A stretch of 64,000 nucleotides of DNA from Centroscyllium fabricii (GCA_051313645.2 JBNRSN020000020.1:20088001-20152000), one strand, 5' to 3'. Shown: positions 11,972-24,605, numbered from the stretch's first letter. A program made the numbers and translations. Notes: a model not told the origin generated them from the sequence alone.

Positions 11972-12740
11972 CAAGATTCAAGATTCAAGATGATTTTATT
12001 GCCATATGTAACTCCCCACTCAGTCCCATAAATATAAAAAGCAAAAGTAAAAACAAGTAAAAATAAAGAAATAATAAGCAAACAAGTGCAGTTAGCAGTT
12101 CAGTAGGCGCACTGCCTGTGGGTAGAAACTGTTCTTGAACCTGCTGGTCCTGGTTCGGATGCTGCAGTACCGACGGCCGGACCACAGGAGGGAGAACAGA
12201 TCGTGCCCAGGGTGATTGGGGTACTGGATGATGGAGCGGGCCTTGTTCCGACACCTGGTCTGGAAGATCTCCTCGATGGACGGAAGTGCACACCCGATGA
12301 TATTTTCTGCCGTCCTCACGACCCTCTGGGTGGCTTTCCTGTTCTGAGCAGTGGTGTTGCCATACCACACAGTGACACCACCCATCAGGACGCTCTCTAT
12401 GGTGCCATGGTAAAGGTTCACCAGCCACTGTGTGCTTATGCCGCATTTCCTCATGCACCGCAGAGGGTAGAGGCACTGGTGTGCCTTCTTTAGCATTGCC
12501 TTGGTGTTGTAGTTCCAGATCAGGTCCTCGGAGATCTGCAGACCCAGGAATCAGAAACAACTGGCGACTTCCACCGGTGTCCCGTCTATGCTGATGGGGC
12601 GATGGTTCCCTCGGTGGCTTCTGAAGTCCACGATGAGCTCCTTCGTTTTGCCGACGTTCAGGGCAAGGTTATTGTCATTGCACCATCTCATCAACTGGAC
12701 TATCTCATCTCTGTACTCCGTCTCATCATCGTCACAATAA
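11972..12740 (-). mobile_element. Rex1/Babar LINE 3' fragment
   Basis: WCNDNNLALNVGKTKELIVDFR; IESVL....TVWYG; RTSRFKNSFYPQAVRLLN; (ttgaatc)n tail. Confidence 0.88.
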
Positions 12741-12814
12741 CACAACCGTGCCCCATTTCTACGTAATTTAACGAGGCAATGCCATCAGTGGACCCGTAGC
12801 TCCCACTTTCTTTT

Positions 12815-13110
12815 TGCATTCATTCTTAGGATATGGGTGTCATTGGCAAGGCCGGCATTTACTGCCCATCCTAAATGCTCTTGTGAAGGTTGTGAGCTGC
12901 CTTCTTGAACCGCAGCAGTCCATGTGGTGAAGGTGCTCAAACAGTGCTGTTAGGGAGGGAGTTCCAGGATTTTGACCCGGCGACGATGAGGAATTGGCGA
13001 TATATTTCCAAGTCAGCATGATGTGTGACTTGGAGGGGAACTTGGAGGTGGTGGAGTTCCCATGCGCCTGCTGCCCTTGTCCTTCCAGGTGGCGGGGGTT
13101 GCGAGTTTGT
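12815..13110 (-). mobile_element. 3' fragment of the 529-3607 LINE family
   Basis: Colinear with about 530-815. Confidence 0.8.
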
Positions 13111-13239
13111 GATTTCCCAAACCACTGGGTTCTCTATCCCAGCCATGAGGTGGGAAGACATGGATAGGTGGAAGTTCAGAGGCAGAGTCAGTCTGAGCCA
13201 CTCTTAACACATCTCTTAGCAACCACTCTCAGAGGTGGG

Positions 13240-14975
13240 GGTAGGGGTGTGTGGGGGGCACCAGCTCTCTGTGGTGGATGGGGGTGTGTGGGGGGTACCA
13301 GCTCTCTGTGGTGGATGGGGGTGTGTGGGGGATACCAGCTCTCTGTGGTGGATGGGGGTGTGGGGGGTACCAGCTCTCTGTGGTGGATGGGGGTGTGTGG
13401 GGGGTACCAGCTCTCTGTGGTGGATGGGGGTGTGGGGGGTACCAGCTCTCTGTGGTGGATGGGGGTGTGTTGGGTGTACCAGCTCTCTGTGGTGGATGGG
13501 GGTGTGGGGTACCAGCTCTCTGTGGTGGATGGGGGTGTGGGGGGTACCAGCTCTCTGTGGTGGATGGGGGGGTGTGGGGGGTACCAGCTCTCTGTGGTGG
13601 ATGGGGCATCATGTGTGGGGTGTACCAGCTCTCTGTGGTGGATGGGGGTGTGTGGGGGGTACCAGCTCTCTGTGGTGGATGGGGCATCATATGTGGGGTG
13701 TACCAGCTCTCTGTGGTGGATGGGGGTGTGGGGTACAGGCTCTCTGTGGTGGGGGGGGCATCATGTGTGGGGGGTACCCGCTCTCTGTGGTGGATGGGGG
13801 GGTGTGGGGTGTACCAGCTCTCTGTGGTGGATGGGGGTGTGTGGTGTACCAGCTCTCTGTGGTGGATGGGGCATCATGTGTGGGGGTTACCAGCTCTCTG
13901 TGGTGGATGGGGGTGTGGGGGGTACCAGCTCTCTGTGGTGGATGGGGGTGTCAGCTCTCTGTGGTGGATGGGGGTGTGTGGGGGGGTACCAGCTCTCTGT
14001 AGTGGATGGGGGGGTGTGGTGTACCAGCTCTCTGTGGTGGATGGGGGGGTGTGGGGGGTACCAGCTCTCTGTGGTGGATTGGGGTGTGTGGGGGGTACCA
14101 GCTCTCTGTGGTGGATGGGGGTGTGTGGGGGGTACCAGCTCTCTGTGGTGGATGGGGGTGTGTGGGGGGTATCAGCTCTCTGTGGTGGATGGGGGTGTGT
14201 GGGGGGTACCAGCTCTCTGTGGTGGATGGGGGTGTGTGGGGGGTACCAGCTCTCTGTGGTGGATGGGGGTGTGTGGGGGGGTACCAGCTCTCTGTGGTGG
14301 ATGGGGGTGTGTGGTGTACCAGCTCTCTGTTGTGGATGGGGGGGGGGGGGTGTACCAGCTCTCTGTGGTGGATAGGGGTGTGTGGTGTACCAGCTCTCTG
14401 TGGTGGATGGGGCATCATGTGTGGGGGGTACCAGCTCTCTGTGGTGGATGGGGGTGTGTGGGGGGTACCAGCTCTCTGTGGTGGATGGGGGTGTGTGGGG
14501 GGTACCAGCTCTCTGTGGTGGATGGGGGTGTGTGGGAGGTACCAGCTCTCTGTAGTGGATGGGGGTGTGTGGGAGGTACCAGCTCTCTGTGGTGGATGGG
14601 GGTGTGTGGGAGGTACCAGCTCTCTGTGGTGGATGGGGGTGTGTGGGGGGTACCAGCTCTCTGTGGTGGATGGGGGTGTGTGGGAGGTACCAGCTCTCTG
14701 TGGTGGATGGGGGTACCACTCTCTGTGGTGGATGGGGGTGTGGGGTACCAGCTCTCTGTGGTGGGGGGGGTACCAGCTCTCTGTGGTGGATGGGGGGGTA
14801 CCAGCTCTCTGTGGTGGATGGGTGTGTGGGGGGTACCACTCTCTGTGGTGGATGGGGGTGTGTGGGGGGTACCACTCTCTGTGGTGGGGATGGGGGTGTG
14901 TGGGGGGTACCACCCTCTGTGGTGGGGATGGGGGTGTGTGGGGGGTACCACTCTCTGGGGGGGGTGCATCATGTG
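13240..14975. repeat. G-rich minisatellite, about 35-39 bp unit gtaccagctctctgtggtggatgggggtgtgtggggg
   Basis: More than 40 tandem copies with variable G-run lengths and an occasional gcatcat variant. Confidence 0.97.
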
Positions 14976-15466
14976 TGGAAATAAATAATTTAAGAGAGAA
15001 AGAAAAGTGTTTTCCCTTGGTTGGGTCACTCTGGGATTGGCTCACAGTCAGATCCCGAATCGAGCTCCCGTTAAATTGAACAGGACCACTCCAAGACATG
15101 GAGGACACATCCGAATCAGTCAGATCACCGAGCAGCTCCGGAGAGAGGGAGCCTCAATAGGCAGGTCTCTGCTGGAGCAGGACATTTCTCTTTAAGACAG
15201 CAACAACTGTTTTATATTCAAGTTGAGAGAGTGCTTTGAATAAAACGTACGCCCGCTGGACTTTAATGCCGCCTTTTAAAAGTGGACATGCTGGACTTTG
15301 CAAAAGAAGGGCCTGGTTGGAAAAGAGACAAATTTCAGTGGAGAGCTGGTGGCACGAATAACCTGCAGATCACCAGGAGATATTCTTATCATACTCCTTG
15401 TCCAAATAGAACATTATAAAGAGAAGCTACTCGATTTAATGGTGTTGAAAATTTCATGGCTCTTAC

Positions 15467-15560
15467 CGTTACTCTTGCGCATTTCCTGCTCCAGGTAAAT
15501 GCCTTGTTGCTCCAACTCATGGAACGTTTGTTCAATCTCTTCCAAGCGCCTCTGAATCAT
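15467..15560 (-). CDS. MICAL1: bMERB exon, 94 nt, phase 0->1: MIQRRLEEIEQTFHELEQQGIYLEQEMRKSN(G)
   Basis: Acceptor ctctctgtactgcag and donor G|gtaaga; IQR.LEE.E....ELE..G..LE..R bMERB signature. Confidence 0.92.
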
Positions 15561-16682
15561 CTGCAGTACAGAGAGAAAACAGAGGCTAAACACAGGAGAA
15601 CACACAGGCTCAGCTTGACATGAAACACAGCCCTAACTCAGGAGAAAACACCGGCTCAAGATAAAGCACAGGAATCCTCTCGAGAAAAACACCGGCTTAA
15701 CTCAAGGGGCAGCACAGAATCCACTCCGGAGAAACACAGGACCTACTTGAGAAAAACCACACAGGAAAAGAAGAGATTGTGGCGTTTCCACATTGGGGAT
15801 TAAATGTCTGTACACAGTTAAACATGTAAAATCCCCTTTAACTGGCAGTTTCCCTCTCCCCTTTTAGAGAGAGGGAAAACGGAGATCACATGGCCAGGCC
15901 GTGACGTTGTAGCGCGTTTCGCGGGCTTTTGAATTCATTCTGTTTGTTGGGGTTGAGTAGTAAAGAGCTGTATTGAGTTAAGCTCTTGATTTTGGCTGAT
16001 TGTTTTGCTGGGAGACCGTAGTCTCCCACAAAATCTATTTAAACGTAGCTGGGTAGAATTTCCACGGCGGTTCTCCCTGACTGTTTAGGATGGAATAGAT
16101 AAATTGGGAAAATTAGAGAAGGGAAAATCAAGAAACTGGTTGGGATCACTGTACAAATTTAAGGAATAGAATTTCCATCAGGTTGTCTTCCGATCGCCTG
16201 CTGTAACTTCAGCGCAAACCCCGGAGAAACTTGTAAATGGCCATTCACGCCCTTTTCTCCAGGATTTCTATCAATCTTCCAGCAAAGTTAAGGCAGGTGA
16301 TGAGGAGAAACCCCGTGGGAATCGCAGCTGTGAGTTTTTTGCATTAATTTAAAGAGACTTGCGGGTTTAGTGCGGAATGGGAAGGTGGATATAACTGGGC
16401 AACGAAAGCCTGGTTAATGCAGGAGACTGGCTTGGACTTAAAACAAGAACCCCAGAAAGCACGGAGTGAGAAGAAGCCATTTGGCCCATCAATTCTACTC
16501 CTTCCACAGACCATATATCATATGTCAGGGATTCTACCCCATTCATTTGATCAAATGAGGGGGAAGTGCCGTAGAAATACTTCCTTATCTCCACAGGTAA
16601 TGACCTAAACCTCTCAGAATGCTCATCGATCCTAACATCTCAACTACTCAACACTGCCGACCTTCATTCCACAGGCACCATC

Positions 16683-16962
16683 TGTGGCAAACCGTTTACC
16701 ACTAATACTGCTGTATTGCACATAGTCCCTGTATTGTGTTATATTGTACATGGTTACCTCTTGCCCACCTGAGATCTACCTGGGATGCCTCAGCCGGCTC
16801 CGCGCCCTGGCTCCACCCACAGACGGCTGTATAAAGGTGGCAGCCCTGCTGACCTCGTGGCATTCCAGGACCTGATAGTGACAAGACCGGTACTCCAGTT
16901 CTTTGCTAATAAAAGCCTCAATTGCTTTACTTCTTCGGCTCACAGTAATTGATCGTGCATCA
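16683..16962 (+). mobile_element. Solo LTR (Gypsy-like)
   Basis: TG...CA ends, perfect 5-bp TSD ccatc, tataaag and aataaa inside. Confidence 0.88.
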
Positions 16963-17035
16963 CCATCTCCCTCCTCTGTCCCACCAGTGCAGGAAGTGCT
17001 GTATTCTGGGAGTTTTTTATTTACTTTTTTTTTTT

Positions 17036-17489
17036 AATTCATTGATGGGATGTGGGCGTCACTGGCTGACTAGGCCTGCATTTAGTGCCCATCCCTAATT
17101 GCCCTTGAGAAGATGGTGGTGAGCCGCCTTCTTGCTTATTGTTTTTCGTAGCGGTTGTTTACAATTGAGTGGCTTACTGGGCCATTTCAGAGGGCATTAA
17201 GAGTCAACCACATTGCTGTGGGTCTGGAGTCACATGTAGGCCAGACCAGGTAAGGACGGCAGATTTCCTTCCCTAAAGGACATTAGTGAACCAGATGGGT
17301 TTTTGCAACAATCGACAATGGTATCATGGTCGCCATTACTAAGACTAACATTTAATTCCAGAATTAAATTGAATTGAATTTAAGTTCCACCAGCTGCCGT
17401 GGTGGGATTTGAACCCATATCCTCAGAGCATTTGACTGAGCCTCTGGCTTACTAGTCTAGTGACATAACCACTACGCCACCGCCTCCCC
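17036..17489 (-). mobile_element. SINE-like internal-deletion derivative of the tRNA-headed LINE
   Basis: A box tggcgtagtgg and B box ggttcaaatcc, then the LINE 5' region fused to about 100 nt of LINE 3' tail (junction near 17134). Confidence 0.85.
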
Positions 17490-17586
17490 TGGTAATTAAC
17501 CCTCTCAGGCTATACCTATTTCTAAGAGTGAAATGCCCAAGTGGCACCGTGCACAGAGTGGCACCATCAGTGGAAATACACATCGC

Positions 17587-17990
17587 CCTTTCCCCATCTC
17601 TCCTGAAGGTGCTGACTCCTTGCTGGGGTATAGTTCCACAACCACCTTCCGATGCCTCTCACTTCACGCGTGAGCCTGGAAGTGACTGTTCACAGGCTAC
17701 TCCACCATAGGGGTATCACAGTCAAGCCCGGCCCTGTCCTCATCTGATGTCCACACACGGAACTTTCCAGCAGGGGAGTCACTGGATAGCGATTGACGGG
17801 GGGTGGGGGGGGGGGGGGGGGCGCAGGAACGCTGGTTGATCTGTTCCCCAGACTCCCCTCACCTGGGACTGCGGAGCCCAGTTGTAGGCCCAGTGCCACC
17901 ACCCCAACTGCGACGGGCTAACTCAGCACAGGCTGGGGATTGAAGCTGGGACTGTCCTGGGATGTGTGGGTCAGTTCCACATTGGGTGGT
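17587..17990 (-). mobile_element. Old SINE-like repeat; diverged relatives near 24850-25020, 36100-36480 and 59290-60110
   Basis: Recurrent blocks (actttccagcagg..gtcactggatagcgat; ctaactcagcacag..ggattgaa with B-box-like end) shared by several diverged copies. Confidence 0.5.
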
Positions 17991-18022
17991 AGTTCTGCAA
18001 GAGTGTTGAACAATGTGTCAGC

Positions 18023-18685
18023 TGTGGCTCACTGGTAGCACTCTCTCCTCTGAGTCAGAATGGTTGTGGGTTCAAGTCTCCAGAGGTTTGAGCATATAAT
18101 GGAGGCTGACACTCCAGTGCAGTACTGAGGGAGTGCCACACTGTCAGAGATGCCGTCTTTCCGATGAGATATTAAACTGAGGCCCCATCTGCCCTTTGAG
18201 GTGAAAGTAAAAGTGTGGTGTATGTGTACACAGTGCACTATATTGTGAAGCCCGGAACTTCTTGCTGTGTAAGAATACATTGTATTGTAAAGGAGTGAGC
18301 TCCCAGTATAAATAAGGGGCAGAGCCACAATCCTCACTTCTCCTGATGACGACCACCAGTAAAGACATGTTCATTTTATCTTTGGTGTCCTTGTATTATT
18401 ATATGATATAATACAAACACAATAAAAAGATCCCATGGCACTATTTCGAAGAAGAGCAGGAGAGTTTTCACTGGTGTCCTGGTCAATATTTATCCCTAAA
18501 CTAACATCATGAAAACAGATTATCTGGTCATTATCACATTGCTGTTTGTGGGAGCTTGCTGTGTGCAAATTGGCTGCCGTGTTTCCTACATTACAAAAGT
18601 GTCTACACTTCAAAAAGTACTTCATTGGCTGTAAATCGCTTTGGGACATCCTGAGGTTGTGAAAGGCGCTATAGAAATGCAAATT
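18023..18685 (+). mobile_element. Deu-domain SINE (SacSINE1/AmnSINE1-like) with L2-type tail, interrupted by a solo LTR
   Basis: tRNA head, gtaaaagatcccatggcactatttcgaagaagagcagg Deu core, gaaaggcgctatagaaatgcaa tail. Confidence 0.85.
18214..18424 (+). mobile_element. Solo LTR nested in the Deu-SINE
   Basis: Starts tgtgg, 5-bp TSD aaaag, tataaata and agtaaa signals. Confidence 0.7.
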
Positions 18686-19321
18686 ATTTCAAGTCTTTCT
18701 TTCAAATAGAGGCTATTTATATGAAACCGATGATGTCAAATTCCTCATTAACCGGACTGAATCGTGTCACAGAGAAAACACATTCCGATACGGGTTTAAT
18801 GTAAATAAAGGTCCCCTGTCCTCGGATTACCCGACATCCAAGTGCTTGCTGAGAAAACCTGTCCCAGAAGCAGGATTTGTGGTCATTGCCAGCACTCGCT
18901 AAATTCAAGGTTGTCTGTAACCGTTTCACACTCAAAACCCCTTTCAAAATCAAACCGTGATTACTCTTACCGTCCTCCCGATTTACTGTCTTCTGTAATA
19001 GTTTTTTCCCGTCTTTTTTTTTATAAAGTGATTGCTTGTTATCGGTCCCGGTGATTTGGTAAAAATGGTGAGTTTCTCTACACCGTTCGGATTTAGCCCA
19101 GTTGGCTGCCGTTTGGTGCTAAACAGTTCAGGTGGCGATGGAAATGCCAGATTCTGGGCAGACTGGAGTGACAACAGCAACAACTTGCATTCATATCGCG
19201 TGTACAACATAATAAAACGTCCCAAGGCACTTCACAGGAGCGTCAGACAGAATGTGAGACCGAGCCACACAAGGAGATATTAGGACAGGTGACCAGAACT
19301 TTGGTCAAAGAGGTCGGCTTT

Positions 19322-21710
19322 AAGAACTAAGAAATAGGAGCAGGAGTCGGCCATTTGGTCCCTCGCGCCTGCTCCGCCATTCAATAAGATCATGATTGAG
19401 CTACCTCATCTCCACTTTCCTGCACTATCCCCATATCCCTTGATTCCCTTAATATTCAAAAATCTATCGATCTCTGTCTTGAATATACTCAATAACAGCC
19501 TCCACAGCCCTCTGGGGTAGAGAATTCCAAAGATTCACCACCCTCTGAGTGAAGAAATTTCTCCTCATCTCAGTCCTAAATGGCCGACCCCTTATTCTGA
19601 GACTGTGACCCTGGTTCTAGACTCCCCAGCCAGGGGAAACATCCTCCCTGCATCTACCCTGTCAAGCCCTGTAAGAATGTTGTGTGTTTCAATGAGATCA
19701 CCCCTCATTCTTCTAAACGCTAGATAATATAGGTCTAGTCTACTCAATCTCTCCTCGTAGGACAATCCCCCAATCCCACGAACCAGTCTGGTGAACCTTC
19801 GTTGCACTCCCTCTATGGCAAGTATATCCTTCATTGCACAGACCAAAACTGTACACAATACTTCAGGTGTGGTCTCACCAGGGCCCTATATATTTGCAGT
19901 AAGACGTCTTTACTCTTATACTCAAATCCTCTTGTAATAAAGGCCAACCTACCATTTGCTTTCCTAATTGCTTGCTGTACCTGCATGTTAACTTTCAGTG
20001 ATTCGTGCACAAGGACAGCCAAGTCCCTCTGAACATCAACATTTCCCAATCTCTCACCATTTAAAAAATACTCTGCTTTTCCATTTTTTACCAAAGTGGA
20101 TAACTTCACATTTCTCCACATTATATTCCATTTGCCATGTTCTTGTCCACTCACTTAGCCTGTCTATATCCCTTTGAAGCCTCCTTGCATCCACCTCACA
20201 ACTTACATTCCCACCTAGCTTTGTATCATCAGCAAACTTGGATATATTACATTTGGTCCCCTCATCCAAATCATTGAAGTAGATTGTGAATAGCTACGGC
20301 CCAAGCACTGATCCTTGCGGTACTCCACTCGTTACAGCCTGCCAACCTGAAAATGACCCGTTTATTCCTACTCTCTGTTTTCTGTCCGTTAACCAATCCT
20401 CAATCCATGCTTGTATAATGACCACAATCCCATGAGCCCTAATATTGTTTAATAACCTCTTGTGTGGCACCTTATCAAATGCCTTCTGAAAATCCAAATA
20501 CACCACATCCACTGGTTCCCCCTTATCTATTCTGCTAGTTACAACCTCAAAAAACTCTTAACAGATTTGTCAAACACGATTTCCCGTTCCTAAATCCGTG
20601 TTGACTCTGCCCGATCCTATTATTATTTTTCTAAGTGCCCTGTTACCACGTCCTTAATAATAGATTCTAGCATTTTCCCTACTGCTGATGTCAGACTAAC
20701 TGGTCTGTAGTTTCCCATTTTCTCTCCCTCCTTTCTTAAATAGTGGGGTTAAATTTGCCACCTTCCAATCCATGGGGACCATTCCAGAATCTATGGACTT
20801 TTGGAAAATGACAACTAATGCATCCACTATCTCTAAAGCCACCTCTTTCAAAAGCCTAGGATGTAAGCCATCAGGTCCAGGGGAATATATCGGCTTTCAG
20901 TCCCATTAATTTCTCCAGTACTATTTTTTTTACTAATACTAATTTCTTAAAGTTCCTCATTCTCGTTAGACTCTTGGTTTTCCACTATTTCCAGGAAGTT
21001 TTTTGCGTCTTCTTCCATGAAGACAGACACAAAGTATTTGTTTAATTTCACTGCCATTTCCTTATTCCCCATTATAATTTCTCCTGTCTCAGCCTGTAAG
21101 GGACCCACGTTTACTTTTGCTAATCTTTTCCTTTTTACATATTCTTCTTACAGAAGCTTTTACCATCTGTTTTTATGTCTCTCACTAGTTTACTCTCATT
21201 CTATTTTCCCTTTCTTTATCAATTTCTTGGTCCTCCTTTGCTGCATTCTAAAATCTTCCCAATCCTCAGGCTTACTATTCTTTTTGGCAACATTATAAGC
21301 CTCTTCCTTTGATCAAATACTATCTTTAACTTCCCTTGTTAGCCACGGTTGGACCACTTTTCCTGTGGGGCTTTTGTGCCTTAGAGGAATGTATATTTGT
21401 TGTAAATTATATATTAATTATTTAAATGCTAGTCATTGCTTGTCTACCATCAAAGCTTTTAATGTAGTTTCCCAATCTATCTTAGCCAACTCACCCCTCA
21501 TACCTACATTTGCTTTATTTAGATTTAAGACCTTAGTTTCGGATTTAACTAAATCACTTTCAAACTCAATATAAAATTCTATCATATTATGGTCACTCTT
21601 CCCTAAAGGCCCATTTACTACAAGGTTATTAATTAACCCTTTCTCATTGCACAATACTAGATCTAAAATAACCCGTTCCCTAGTTGGTTCCTCAACATAC
21701 TGATCTAGAA
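19322..21710 (-). mobile_element. 2.4-kb CR1 LINE (end of endonuclease through RT) inserted in an L2 fragment (19170-19322 and 21710-21770)
   Basis: LGKSDHNMIEF, DVVYLDFQKAFDKVPH, SGVPQGSVLGP, KFADDTKLGG. Confidence 0.92.
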
Positions 21711-22479
21711 AAGGAGCGTCATAAAGGAGGAAAGAGAGGTTTAGGGAGGGAATTCCAGAGCCTCGAGCTTACCCATCAGGCACTTGGGGGGTTGTCTTAT
21801 TTTACCAGGTTTCCTGATGGTCAGACTCCATTCAGGGCAACCTCCCTCTGATTTCCTCCTGGTTTCTTGAACCATACACCAAACTGCAGCCAGGAGGGTG
21901 ACTGGGTAACTTGTCACCAAGTCTTCCCCTATACCACTTGACGCTGTGATCCGGGGAGACTTTCCTTCCCATTCTCCCACCTTCCATATGGGAGGCGGTT
22001 ATCCTCACTTCACTATTGCAGTGCCGCTGAGATCAGCGATTTGGTGGGATGGTGATTGAACCCTTGTCGTACCACCCATGGAGCTACAAGTTGTCCCCAT
22101 AACCTCCACCATCGACCTTCTCATGCTCAGTGTCCTTGTCATTGACCATTGCACTGACTGATAAAGAGTGGCTCCATACACAGAGTGTGACATTTCCCCA
22201 TGCTAAAAGGAAATCCCTTCAAAAGAAGTTCTTGCCCTGTCATGAGGCCGAACGTGGTCTGGGTATCAGTTGGGTGAGGGTCAGGCTTTCATGTGGATAA
22301 CAAAGTGTGGCAGAATAACCAATGGATATACAGAGGATCACATTAAAAAATGTCAAATAATCTGTTGCTCCCCCTCAAAATGAATTATATGCCGTTTTGC
22401 CGGCATTTCCGTGGCTCTTGTGCCAGTCATGGCAGACCAGCAGAGGAACCGCCTCAGAAATACAAACCCAGTGAGTGCG

Positions 22480-22940
22480 ATTGTCTGGGGCTAAGAGAGA
22501 TAAATTATGAGGACAGGTTGCATAAACATGGTTTGTATTCCCTTGAATACAGGAGGTTGATGGGTGATCTGATCGAGGTGTTTACATTTTTTTTAAAGGA
22601 TTTGATAGAGTAGATACGGAGAAACTATTTCCTCTTGTGGGGAATCCAGAACAAGGGGATATAATGTTAAAATTAGAACTAAGCCATTCAGGAGCGATAT
22701 CAGGAAGCACGTTTTAACACAAAGGGTAGCAGAAATCTGGATCTCTGGAACCAAAGACCGTGGACGCTGGGACAATTGGAACTTTTAAGACATAGATAGA
22801 TAGACAGACAGACAGACAGAGTATCAAGGGATATGGAACAAAGGTGGGAAAATGGAGTTGAGATGCAGATCTACCAGGATCTAATTGAATGGCAGAGTAG
22901 GCCCGAGGGCTGAATAGCCTACTCCTGTTCCACATGTTCT
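22480..22940 (+). mobile_element. Old CR1 3' fragment
   Basis: YEDRLHKHGLYSLEYRRLMGDLIEVF. Confidence 0.75.
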
Positions 22941-23349
22941 GTAGAAACCTAGGTGAAGGCCCTGGACCCATCATGTAGGTCATTAGAGAGACACTAGGAG
23001 AGAACACAAGGTAAACCAGGAAGCAGTGATTAATATGAAGCCCAGTTCCAATTTTTAAAGGCCTGTAGCTTGTAGGAGGAAGGGATGACTGAGGGGGTAA
23101 AGAGTTCCACGGTTTTGAGGTTCTGGGGAAGAGCGAGGTAGAGTAGGAAACAGCGCGGTAAGTCTTGATTGCCGCACAGGGATGATGCAGTAAGGTGGAA
23201 GAACGTGCATTTGGAACCTGTGGAAACACAAGACTGGGAAATTCAGAGGAAGGCTGGTCAGAGTAGTATTGATGATATAGAGAATCAAGAAAGCTGTCTC
23301 TTGTTGCATTAATTCAGCAGTGATGAGTAAGACTCCCACCTCCCAGTCA

Positions 23350-24015
23350 TACAGCACAGAAGGCCATTCAGCCCATCATGCCTGTGCCAGCTCTTTGGTA
23401 GAGCTCTCCAATTAGTCCCATTCACCCGCTCTTTCCCCATATCCCTGCAAATATTTCCTTTTCAAGTATTTATCCAATTCCCTTTTGAAAGTTACTATTG
23501 AATCTGCTTCCACCGCCCTTTCAGCCAGCGCGTTCCCGATCACAACAACTCGCTGCGTAAAGAGAATTCTCCTCATCTCCCCTCGGGTTCTTTAAATCTG
23601 AGTCCTCTGGTTACCGACCCGCTCGCCGATGGAAATAGTTCCACTCTATCTACTTTATTGAATCGCCTGTGGCAGGTCTACATCCCACTGTGTATAGCTG
23701 TACATAACTTCCATGTATATAATTCTCTGCAACTGTTTTTGTAGCTTACTTATGCAAGGGGCGTGGCCCCTTTAAGAGTGCAGGAAACGCGGACCCACGT
23801 GATGACGCGTGGTGACGTCATCACGTTGGGCGCGGGCTTGTTTCACCAGTGTGATCATCGACTTGATAGAGTAAAGGCCTGTTTGTTACTGTTTCTTCGT
23901 GTGGGCTCCATTTCTTCAGCTAGGAATACTTAGATTCCTACACCACTCATAATTTTAAACAGCTCTGTTAAATCTCCCCATACCCTTCTCTGCTCTAAGG
24001 AGAACAATCCCAGCT
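23350..24015 (-). mobile_element. CR1 3' fragment interrupted by a solo LTR
   Basis: CR1 3' UTR and ORF end resume on both sides of 23668-23942. Confidence 0.75.
23668..23942 (+). mobile_element. Solo LTR-like insertion
   Basis: tgtgg...ctaca ends; GC box, tttaa, cacgtg, tgacgtca, agtaaa; TSD degenerate. Confidence 0.6.
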
Positions 24016-24500
24016 ACCCTCGGTTGATGGGAGGATCCTACCATTTCACACAGAAAAGTAAGCCATTCCGTGCCAGGATCAGTGCAGATGGTGATTGGGG
24101 TGGTGAGGTGTATCCTCTCAGTTTGCCTCTCTGCTCTTGCCCCTCACCTGACAAGGTAGCTTTCCCAAAAGACTGCCCATGCTCGCAGTCAGCAGCTGCC
24201 AGGAGGTGCCGGGTAGGACTCACCCTCTGATTTGTCCTCCATCCCACATGGCTGACACTACAGGCTCTGCTTGGCCCTTCCCTCTCAGTGCAGTTCAGAC
24301 AGGGTACTGCGATCGAACCGCTCTATGATCATACTCCATCACTTTGAACATAGAGGCTAAGCCCGCTGTGTTGCCCCATCAGGTGAACCTTGTGAATGTT
24401 GTTGAAATGGATCTTTAGTTACCCGATTCTGTTCTGAAAAGGGGTTGCAATGGGCCAGTCTGGAATATGAAGGTATTACATGGCTAATATCCTACATTAC

Positions 24501-24605
24501 CTGCGCTTTCAAACGTGTCGCCGTTACTATCTGCTTTGCGCGACGTTCAAAAGTTCTCAGTCGCCATGTTTCCCGCCTTGCAGCTGACTCCTCCGGACTT
24601 AGTTT
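24501..24605 (-). CDS. MICAL1: Exon at start of bMERB coiled coil, 105 nt, phase 0->0: KLSPEESAARRETWRLRTFERRAKQIVTATRLKAQ
   Basis: Acceptor ttccttttgtcgcag and donor CAG|gtaatg; ends in the family-typical ...KAQ. Confidence 0.88.

Noticed and set aside
13168-15108. Long ORFs up to 606 aa on both strands
   Set aside because: Artefacts of a stop-poor G-rich minisatellite.
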